The notes beneath the pieces are model-generated. The model was not told the origin of the DNA. It ran no database searches and saw only the letters and a list, made by a program, of their open reading frames with translations. A DNA stretch of 62,642 nucleotides, counting the filler. It is 16 parts of 16 records of this genome, joined end to end, with 100 filler letters (N's around TTAATTAATTAA, not from the genome) between each part and the next. Parts side by side here need not be neighbours in the genome. Positions count along the whole stretch, not along the records: positions 52,721 to 57,533 come from SRR9670534_835; positions 57,634 to 62,642 come from SRR9670534_839; 14 more parts are not named here. One strand, written 5' to 3'. The stretch's first letter is position 1. Each line of letters opens with the position of its first letter. Shown here piece by piece: positions 52,809 through 62,642 of this stretch. The translations under genes and the position numbers were made by a program.

Positions 52809-52995
52809 CAGGGCCAGCGCAAGCAAACTTGGCGCTCTAGGCAAAAATAAAATTTAAAAATACGAATAATAAAAAAAATTATTTTTGGCGCCCCTTAGGG
52901 GACAACTTTTGGGCGGCCCCTACCTCAATGGGGACAACTTTGGCGCCCTAGGCGATTGCCTCTGTAGCGCCGGGCCGGCGCCGCCGCCGGCCCTG
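52809..52995. mobile_element. 187-bp hAT-type MITE
   Basis: TIRs CAGGGCCAGCG / CGCCGGCCCTG, perfect 8-bp TSD CTATTATA (52801-52808 and 52996-53003), and internal GGCGCCC and GGGGACAACTTT repeats. Confidence 0.9.
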
Positions 52996-53545
52996 CTATT
53001 ATAATTATTAATAAATTATAATAAATAAATATTATTAGAACTTACCATTACAAATATTATTATTATTATTAGGTATATATTATTATTAATAATAACAACC
53101 CTCATAATGACATATTGGTGCAACAGACAATGAAATCACATAAAACATATGAGTAATATTATTACTCATACATTCAATTTTTTTTAAATATTACTTATTG
53201 GTATTATTATATTAATAGAGTAAAGTAATATAAAAATGTCTATTATTAACTATGAGTCAGTACTAGTAGTACTACTAGTACAGTACTACAGTTATTAATA
53301 ATAATGTTAGAGAATGAGTCTGCTCAATTAGTAATTACACTGATTGCAAGCCATGGCTGCTGCCTAGCAGAAATAATAACGTCAGCTAGAACGGGTATAT
53401 GCTCCCTCCTTCTTTATAAATCTGAAGCAGGTAAGAGATGAAAATTATAATAATTGCATTTGATTATAAGCCTACTAGTACTACCTACCTACCAAGGCTA
53501 AGATGCATTAGTTACGTCGCATACCCTGCTTTTTAGTTTCGTATT

Positions 53546-56500
53546 ATGGGATGTGGCAAGAGCAAGTGCTGTTCTGAAACAGATCTAAATAAGCGTCCCA
53601 CTAATAAGAGTCCCGAAAATGGTCATTTAATAACTAACAATAAAAATGAGCCAATTGAGCTAGACCTTGAAGATAAAAATACAGAAATATGTAAGTCTCG
53701 TAAAAAGAGCGTAACGACCAAAGAGAGCCTTAATAATAGCTTGTCGAGGCTGGGTAACAATAAGCTACACCCTAAGGATAATAATATCACTCCTAATGAT
53801 AATAGTTATAATACACCCCCTAAGCCAACCCAATTCAAAGTTCTTGATACTGAAGGTGATACTACACGACGATTATGTAAGTATTTAATTTATTACATAT
53901 TATGTAATATTTATTCATTGTTATTATTAATAAAAATGGTCAGTCGCATTTCAGGTTAAAAGGACAGAGATTACTTATTAGAATATAATAGTAATAGTAA
54001 ATAGTTTGACCTAAAATTACTTTGGGTTATTATTAATAATAATAATTTAAAAGTAGTCATATTAGCGTCTGTAAGAAAGTACCCGTCACTTTGTAATATC
54101 TTAATAAAACGGAGCATTAATAAGTTATTAATAATAACCACCATTTCATATGACTTTTATTACGACATTTGGCGCTAAATTACAAATTACTTAATTACAC
54201 CACAATTTAAAGACAGCTTATGACGCTAGTTGTAGTTCCCGCCAAAAAATAATCATCGTGTGATAATTTAGCCATAAATGCCGCCATCTTAATCCAAAAG
54301 TGGTTCAGAAGATTCCAAGCACGTATGGAAGTAAGAAAACGGTGTTCCTGGACAATATTTCAATCAATTGAATACGCTGGCGAAGCTGATCAACTGAAGG
54401 TAGGATAATTATCATTGTTATTTACCTGTTACCCTAGTAACGGACAAATCTGGCTAAATTCTAGTAAAACAACAGTCATTTTGCCGTTGGTAATACTATT
54501 GAATAATAACAAAATAAATCAGCCAATCAATATCTTTTACTCAAAATACAGTTTACTAACAATAATTAAAGATTAATCTTTAATATTATAATTTAATAAT
54601 AAAGTGAATCTTAATTTGAAAATTTTTAATTAAATTTTATGAATTCCTCATATTTTTCACATCAGAGAACTCTTGCTACAAGGGAAGAAGTAAGACAAAA
54701 GCTCTATTGCTTGTTGTGTTTTGCTTTACTTTTTTTTTGCTATTTCACGATGAAAAAATTGCTCTATTTATTATTCATTCATGTATGAACTAACTAACTA
54801 TAAAGCACAAGAAACGTGCGCTTTCACCAATGCATTGAGCCTCTTATTTTCACCTGCGCCCGGCTGATCGCATGTATACCTTTTTAGTTATACAATTTCT
54901 TTAATTCGATGATTCAACACATCAAAACAGCAGAGAGAAGCCATCCAAAATTAATTTCCAATTTATCATCTATTCAAAGACGTAAGCATGCCATGTATAC
55001 GTCATTATTGATAGTACTGTATTACGACAATTATAATCATCAATGGAAACATGCTTCTTGTTATACATGGTACGAAAATTAGTACTAACGTATTAATGTC
55101 ACGTAGCGAATGAAAGTCATGAAGAAGATGAAATTCGAAGAATTTGTGATCCGAACAAAGTTAAGGTGGAAAATAACTACACTGGACCACATTTAACATG
55201 GCCCTTAAATCGAAATCAATTATCTCAGGTTTTGGACGCGTTTAAAGACAATGAAGTAAGACAAGCGTTTGTGTTTCAGTCTAGACTGTGATATCACAAC
55301 TTGGTTGATTAGTAGTCTTTTACTTCCGAAGAAGTCCTAAGTTCTCAAAAAAAAGTTTGTACGCCATGACGCCATGGTATTTGCAAATAGTGATACCGAT
55401 CTATACCGATACCGATCCGATTTTTATAGATCTATATCGATATCGAATCGATTTTTATCGATCTATATCGATCCGCTCTTTTGCGATCTATACCGATACC
55501 GATCCGATTTATATCGATACCGATCCGCTCTTTGCCGATCTATATCGATACCGATCTGATACAGATTTCACCGATCTAACGCCGCCCTTGATTTGGGGCC
55601 GCAGTAAAATTTTTCATTAGGTAATAGGCGCGGCCCTTGAATAGTAGCCTCCCCTGGTTAAACGCCGCAGCGTGCCCAACTTTAATTAAGCCACAAGTCA
55701 AGTTATAATATCACAAACCGACCTGAATTATCTTATTAATAGTAGAGCATAATATTTCATAATATTTCATAATATGTAGGTGATACATGCAAAATATCTA
55801 CTACAAATATTACAAGAAACCAGACTTGTGCTAAAAGGGCAAAGCAATTTTCGACAATTTTCCACAGCCTTAACAAACAGAGTTACTGTCATTGGTGATC
55901 TCCATGGAAAGTTAGATGATCTGCTGATAATATTTCACAAAGTATATTATACAATAATAAAATACAATAGTATAAAGTTAAATTTTTTAGAATGGTTTAC
56001 CCTCCAATGACAACCCATACGTTTTCAATGGTGATTTCGTGGATAGGGGACCTAACTCAATTGAAGTAACAGTTGTTTTATTTATGGCTCATCTTTTGTA
56101 CCCAAATGAGGTTTTTCTCAATAGGGGTAATCATGAAGACCATATACTTAATCTAAGGTAACGTCATTCATTGTAAAATTATTACACCCTTCTATTTTCG
56201 CATTAATGCAATTGCATTATTAACATATCGTGTCATTAGGTATGGGTTTATCAAAGAAATCATGGCCAAATATAGGGTATCAGTCAAGAATTAATAATTT
56301 TTATAAGTAAGAGAGCGAGAGAGTAATATGATTCCATAAATTTAGCCACATGCAAGAAAAATCGTAAGACTATTTGAGGATGTTTTCAGCTGGTTGCCCT
56401 TAGGAACACTTATTGATAACAAAATTTTAATTATTCACGGTGGATTATCTGCTGACATTAACCTGGACGTCGTTGGCAAGGTAGATAGACACAGGGTAAG

Positions 56501-57315
56501 TAAGCTAAAATAGAAGGCGTCATCACCCACTACTGACATTACTCTTGTAGTACCATTCTGTGCTTCAACCCCCTAATGACGTCAATCAAGATGATGATGA
56601 TGATGATCCAAGCAATGAAGAAATCACTGACTTGAAAGAATGGAAAATGGTTCTAGACCTCTTGTGGTCAGATCCAAAGAAAGAAAATGGGTGTAGACCT
56701 AACAAATTTAGAGGGGGTGGATGCTATTTTGGGCCCAATATAACGGAGGCCTTTTTGGACAGATATGCCTTAGATTTGATTATTAGATCTCATGAATGTA
56801 AAATTGATGGATATGAATGGAACCATGAGTCCAAAGTTCTAACTGTTTTTTCGGCATCAAATTATTACGAATACGGAAGTAATAAGGGTGCCTACATCAC
56901 ATTTGGCCCAAATCATCAGATAACATTTGTACAATACATGGCTACGAAGTTACATAGAAAGAACCTTTCCATAAGGACAAAGTATGCGGAAATTCCACAG
57001 TTTTTATATTGATATCACTGATGTGTCTTTAGAGTAAGTTTAATAGAAGATTCTGCACTCAGGGATCTTTCAACAAAACTGTTTGCCCACAAAACAATAC
57101 TTTTAAGAGAGTTTCAGAAACATGATGAAGAAAACACTGGAATTATTTCCACGAATGACTGGTGCAGTATTGTGCATTGCATATTGAAGTTAGATATACC
57201 TTGGAGAAGAATCAAAGGTTTACTTGTAAAACAAGTAGATGAGGGTTCAGTTTTTTATAATTCAACATTCGAAGATCCATCGATGCAACTGTCAATGGGC
57301 AGATCTGCAAGAGAG
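53546..57315 (+). CDS. PPEF: Ser/Thr protein phosphatase with EF-hands (PPEF/rdgC), 3'-partial
   Basis: About 10 exons (53546-53876, 54272-54399, ... 57032-57315). N-terminal [11 protein letters not shown] motif [11 protein letters not shown]...R.E, PPP motifs GDLHG, GDFVDRG, RGNHE, DLLWSDP, RSHECK and SASNYY, and EF-hand-like D.ENTGIIS..DW. Confidence 0.95.
55393..55590. mobile_element. hAT-like MITE remnant made of CCGATAC/CGATC subterminal repeats (intronic)
   Basis: Array of ataccgatccgat / tatatcgat units ending ccgatctaacgccgccctt. It produces the spurious ORFs 55357-55620 and 55374-55559. Confidence 0.6.
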
Positions 57316-57816
57316 GTATAGCACGTGCATTAAAATAGAATAGGTTTTTAAAAATAGTGTACACTAACTTAATGTAACTTAATAACAACAAATATTATAC
57401 ATAATATGATTCATATTATACCATATGATAACTAATACCTACATATTACTAGAGCAAGCCAACAAAAATACTACGTACTGGAGGATACCGTATCCTACGC
57501 ACTACGTACTGAAGGATACGTATTACGTATAGTNNNNNNNNNNNNNNNNNNNNNNNNNNNNNNNNNNNNNNNNNNNNTTAATTAATTAANNNNNNNNNNN
57601 NNNNNNNNNNNNNNNNNNNNNNNNNNNNNNNNNCAAAAGTTACCAAATAAATAAATCAAAGTAAAAACAAAGAATGTTTTTCGTAAAATTTGCAGTATTG
57701 AAAATGTATCTATAGGCTATTAGCATCTGCAATGCAACTTCTGCATGCAGCTGCTACTAATTATTGGTATTATTAATATATTATTAATAATAAAATTGTT
57801 GCAACAGTTTTACTAA

Positions 57817-58806
57817 TTAAACGGATTTCATTCCGGCCAATCGTCTCAACTGCTCCCACGTCATCATTTGAACAGTTGAAAACATCATGAATCTCAACCA
57901 TTGAGGTGCAAAACCTTTGTAAATTGCGAAAAATCCTTCACTTAGCACTGTTCTACGTATACAATCAAACATGCCAACATAAACGCGCTGCTCAGACTGT
58001 TTCATTATTCGAGTCAGGGTGATATCAACCGGAGCAGTGACGACCGCAATTACCATGCCAGAAATGACACCACCAGCAAATTCGCATATTATAGAATTTG
58101 ACGTAAACTGGGCAACAAAATATTTAATGTATTCATAAGTAGTTAATTTCGTAGAATTTAAAAGGCCAGCTTTCATCATGGTAGGATATGCACCTTTCCA
58201 CAATCCACGTACTCCCTCCTTAGAATACACGTTATAGATTGTTTTGGTAAGGCTTCTTCTCGTGTTCTCGGAAGCTTGCAGTTTTATTTTCATGTGATCT
58301 GTTGGAGTGGCACATGCTGCTCCAATGACTCCACTTAACCCACCTGCAAGAAGTTTTACATGTAAAGCCACTTCAGTTGCTTTTTGACCTTCTTTCGCAC
58401 CAAAGAGTTTCTTGAAAGGTTCATATAACCCAAGTCTTAATGATGAATAAACGCCTTCTCGGCCCCAGCAAGGAAGAAGACCTTTATATAAACCAGTAAA
58501 ACCTTCTCTTGCTGCGATTATACGAAAGGTAGTCCATAGATTAGTATAGTGTCGGGTCCCACCAACTTTGCCTAATTCACGATAAATCTGTAATCTGATT
58601 TTGCAGGTATCGACAGGATGTGTTACTGTTCCTGCTACAATACTAGCAGCCCCAGCCAAAATAACCTTTCCTAGCGTTTCTTTAGTTGTAGCTTCATTTC
58701 TAATTACAACAGTTTTCTGTTTCAACAACTGACTAGTATGGGACTGAACTGCTTCGCTTTCTAGAGAGGGCATATTTATTACAGATCGGCAATGCCGAAT
58801 CGGCAT
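57817..58806 (-). CDS. SLC25 mitochondrial carrier (UCP/dicarboxylate-carrier-like), intronless
   Basis: Three carrier repeats with P-x-D motifs (HPVDTCKIRLQ, TPTDHMKIKLQ, APVDITLTRIM) and EG...L[YW]KG motifs; YSSLRLGLYE is typical of the UCP/OGC/DIC group. Confidence 0.93.
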   Translation of the reverse strand: MPIRHCRSVINMPSLESEAVQSHTSQLLKQKTVVIRNEATTKETLGKVILAGAASIVAGTVTHPVDTCKIRLQIYRELGKVGGTRHYTNLWTTFRIIAAREGFTGLYKGLLPCWGREGVYSSLRLGLYEPFKKLFGAKEGQKATEVALHVKLLAGGLSGVIGAACATPTDHMKIKLQASENTRRSLTKTIYNVYSKEGVRGLWKGAYPTMMKAGLLNSTKLTTYEYIKYFVAQFTSNSIICEFAGGVISGMVIAVVTAPVDITLTRIMKQSEQRVYVGMFDCIRRTVLSEGFFAIYKGFAPQWLRFMMFSTVQMMTWEQLRRLAGMKSV

Positions 58807-58900
58807 TTTTAAAACATACAGGCTGTATGATATATCATTGATACAGCACGCGGCAAAATTAGAGGAGCCACTGTAAACCTATGTATAGATGCGCATTGGC

Positions 58901-59094
58901 GATTTCATCATCATAGGTACTATCTATTTCTATGGTAATTATTATTAATAAGAAGTACTGTACATGGTGGGTGAGTGAGTACTTATAAGGGATTTCATCA
59001 TCATAAGTACCTATGCAGGGTCAACTAGGCTCTACATGCTAATAATAAGACCTGTAAAATAACGCACGTCCTCCATCAGTGATTTCATCATCAT
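58901..59094. promoter_or_regulatory. Three identical 14-bp motifs (GATTTCATCATCAT) at an exact 90-bp period upstream of the SLC25 gene
   Basis: Copies at 58901, 58991 and 59081. The reverse complement contains TGATGAAAT. A CCAAT box (ATTGG at 58895) is adjacent. Confidence 0.6.
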
Positions 59095-59783
59095 GTTTTA
59101 TGTGTTCCGATGAATAGTATCCAATGAATACTATTCATTGAATACAACGCTTTCACTATCAAAACCTACCTACCAGTATTCAATATTGAGTAGAATGAGC
59201 TTTGAAAAAATATGGTAGAATTTCTACCACATAAGTTATGTGACATAACCCTTATTCTTACTACTACATACATATTAACTAATGAATCCCTTCCAATTTG
59301 GAAGTTCCAAATGCTCCAACACATTTCGTATGTAGATTACTTATTAAGGTAGTTTCATAATATGTATGTATACCTTCTTTGACAGTCATTAGTAAAGGTG
59401 TTGACTTATCAGAAAATTCTGTTCTGGATAGTCCATAAGAAGCTGAGTCTGGCATCATAATGTTAATAAGTGAAATGACTGGGCAAGCAAATCTAAAGTA
59501 TATACCTACATAATAATATTTAGTTGAGTAGGTAGTACCTACGTACACGTTGCACATATAATCAAAAGTGTATCTTATCTATATCTATGATCCTATTATT
59601 ATTAAAAATAACAAAATAGTGCTATAGCATTGTACAGTACATAAAGGATAAAAACAAAACGAAATCAGAGAGATATGAAAATATAATTTGCGGTAAGTAT
59701 CCAGGAAGAGTAACATGCTTCGAAACATAACAATCGATCGTTATTAATAATACGATCGTTATCAATTACAATCTATATATAAT

Positions 59784-60888
59784 TTACAGATTAACTGCCT
59801 CTTCATAAGATGGTGGTACATTTTCGGAATCACTAGTAATAATACTTTCGTACGAAGGTGGTTCAGGAACATTGCTTTGAATATCATTAATCTGAGATTC
59901 ATCGGCATCGTTTGAAAGTTGAAATTGTAAATAAAAATCTACTTCTGCACCTTGATTATTATTAAGTTCAACATCAGGTGCAGTTACAACAACAGCAGTA
60001 TTGTTTGTTGCTTGAGTTCGAACATCTCGACGATGACAACAGCAACAACATGTGCAACAATGATGACAGCAATGGTGACAACAAGTCCGACAACTGCAAG
60101 AACGACAACAAAAGGTATGCCAGCTGGTACCGCAATCTAAAACCAAAAGGGATAAGTTACAACGTTATAACCTTATACGAATAATAACAATACCATATAT
60201 ACTGTACATATGTACCTCGAACACTGTGCCAACAACCATTAATTCTTGTTTGGACAGAGCCACAAAAATCACTTATAACATCCCAACATTTCCAGTTGCT
60301 TTTTCTAATGAAACCAGTAAACATAAAGAAGACAAACAAGAAAAAAAGAAACACTAGAACTTTCCAAATAATATTAGCCACATCAAAAACTTCTTCACCA
60401 GTAACTATAATATCAAATCGAATGGATGAGGAAGCAAATTCTGGCCACCAAATAAAATATAAATTGCTGTTGCAGGGTAAGGATTCAGAAGAAAATTCTT
60501 CATTGTCTTTTACAAAAATATAAGAATCATTCACTTTAAAAAATGCAACTGTATAAGTATAATCAATGCCAATAATTTCTTCATCGAAGGCAGAACCTTC
60601 AACATAAAATGTTAATCTCAAAAGTTCATGATGTTCACAAATGTTTATTTCTACAGAACAGTATTTTAGGGAGCAGTTTGAGAATTCAGAAAGTGAAAAA
60701 CAGTCACCATAATAACTGGACAGGTTAAAATATGACGGATAATGCATAGATTGGACGGATGATTCAACAGTAGGTTCATTCAGAATCAACATACTGTCAA
60801 TACACATTGTAGCAGAACCATAAACTCTAGAACGGAGTGCAACTATTAGTAGTAGGAACAACATAATGAATGGAGAAATTTGCTTCAT
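59784..60888 (-). CDS. Type I membrane protein with CUB-like ectodomain, Cys/His-rich cytosolic stretch and two PPxY motifs
   Basis: Exons 60888-60216 and 60136-59784 (phase 1). Signal peptide; ectodomain with VQSMHYPSYF..C...C (CUB-like SPxYP position); TM VLVFLFFLFVFFMFTGFI; CCRSCSCRTCCHHCCHHCCTCCCCC; PPSYE twice. Confidence 0.75.
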
Positions 60889-62642
60889 ATATATGAAGCA
60901 TTCATGAAAGGCAAAAGATGAAAATAATAGGTGATGTTCTACTTGTAGTACAAGTCTTGTACAGACAAAACATAAACCTAACGTGATCTAAAAGTTTTCC
61001 AAGTAGGTCTCCAAATACAAGTGGAATGGGTATGGCAGCCAGCTATGGCTCAGCAAAACCTGTAAAATTGTAACAATAGAATAGAAATTACAAGTAATAC
61101 GTACCTACATCCTAGTAACTGTAGGTGCATATGTTATGTAGTACCTAGCAGGCTACTACCTAGGTACATAATGTACCAGGTACATACCTGGTATAACCTG
61201 GTAATACATAATGTAGTAACTGCAGATTGAAAATAATAAACCCCAGTTATAAGGGTTGTGGATTAAAATAAAACTTTGTTTATAAGTTTCACAGTACAAC
61301 CTACTTTACCTAGGTATAAGTAATGATAATTTACTAACAAGTAATGATAATTTACTTTTGATAATTTTTTACAGTAAAACCTACTTAAGATTATCTTTCT
61401 TATAATAACTTTTTACTTATAAGTAATGCTAAGTTACTTCTGATAATTTTTTACTTATAAGTAAGATCTTATAAGATTATAGTTAAATTTAGTTCTTTTT
61501 TATGTAAAATATATATTATTATTAATAATAATTATTCTTATTATAAAATTATATAGTAGAAATTTTTTTATTATTGTTATAATATTTAAAAATAATATTT
61601 ATTATACAGTAAAACTTGCATAATATTATTTCTTTTATGATCATTTTTTACTTAAAATCATGATTTATTTTTTATTTAAGATCATTATTTTTACTTAAGA
61701 TCATAGCACTATTTATACTAAACATAGCAGTATTTATAAATATTATAACAATAACAATAATAGTTAGTATTGATATAAAAATAATAAATATTGTCATTAT
61801 TATTGAGTTTATTAATAAATATCCATAGTTGAGTGTTATGAGATATTATTATAGTAATATACTATCAACATTGCAAAAATTATATAATATTATTAATAAA
61901 GAAAATATTATCATCGACTTAAGTATTCACAATTGATACAATATCAATAGTATACCATATATTCCATAATCAGTTAATAAGTTAATTATTGTAAAGTAAT
62001 AAATATCATATTTCAATAGTTATATGTAAATAAATTCAAATATTATATATAAGTAAATAAAAAACAGAAAATAACCTTAATAGTTTATCTTATATATATC
62101 AAACAGTAATTATCCATCTAGAATAAATGAGTGTAAATTATGACAATATATCAATTAGGTTCATATATCATAAAAATAAGTAATAAAACATAACTCTATC
62201 AATATTAATCTAAAGATAAGTTATGTTTAATTATAATATAATATCAAAATGTTACTCAGAGTTAAGCTACTTCTGTAATAAACACTAGTCACTTAAAAGT
62301 ACCAAATCTCTTGTTCTGAAAAAACTCTACAGAAAGTTTATTCCAAATTGGATGCACTTTGTAAATGAAAAAATTTCTAGTGAATGCATAGTGTCATCTT
62401 TTTAACTTAAGTGTAAACTTATGGCCCCTAGGTAAACTTTCATATAGTTTTAACAAATTTGTTAAATTTAGATGTTGTCTTATTACCAAAGCTTTATAAA
62501 ATAGTTTCAATGCATCAAAAATGAATAAATTTATAACTGTTAAAAGATTTAAATAAAATAATTTGCCATTATTAATGATACTATCTTCTCTTTAACATGA
62601 TAACATTTTCAATGTTTTAAATAAATGCATCTTGCATAAGTG

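Noticed and set aside
55357-55620. ORFs with DLYRYR / IYTDTDP repeats
   Set aside because: They are translations of an intronic TE-derived repeat inside PPEF.
2119-57633. Regularly recurring TTAATTAATTAA between N-runs as a biological repeat or array
   Set aside because: It is an artificial six-frame-stop linker of constant 100-bp length.
58901-59094. CRISPR array (identical repeats with unique spacers)
   Set aside because: The repeat is only 14 bp, spacers are 76 bp, there are three units, the context is eukaryotic and there are no cas genes.

Overview
This is not one locus. It is 16 short contigs (about 2-7 kb each) from a very AT-rich, intron-containing animal (invertebrate) genome. They are joined by 15 identical artificial 100-bp linkers (N44-TTAATTAATTAA-N44) at 2119, 4444, 11479, 14586, 16690, 18835, 25963, 31126, 33681, 39643, 41792, 44230, 49391, 52621 and 57534, so gene adjacency across a linker means nothing. 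Splicing GT-AG introns by hand (many are 50-100 nt) recovers whole or partial genes for: a SERHL-like hydrolase, TOM1, an RFamide neuropeptide precursor, MRPS22 with a nested antisense WBP1/VOPP1/Shisa-like gene, SKI/SnoN, a divergent tetraspanin, a spectraplakin exon, a gustatory-receptor-like (GRL/7TMIC) channel, an arylsulfatase, Caskin, SLC17, UNC93, PPEF/rdgC, an intronless SLC25 carrier, several small PPxY membrane proteins and orphan ORFs. There are also several MITE-type elements, two with clear 8-bp target-site duplications. The highlights are: (1) an intron-containing RAG1/Transib-like transposase exon with intact catalytic and zinc-binding motifs (42775-43894); (2) a complete 4-exon GRL/7TMIC gene (35202-37752); (3) a QRFP-like RFamide precursor (8167-8427); and (4) a 14-bp ATF4/CARE-like motif repeated at an exact 90-bp period upstream of the SLC25 gene (58901-59094). 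All family assignments come from motif recognition by eye; no database searches were run.
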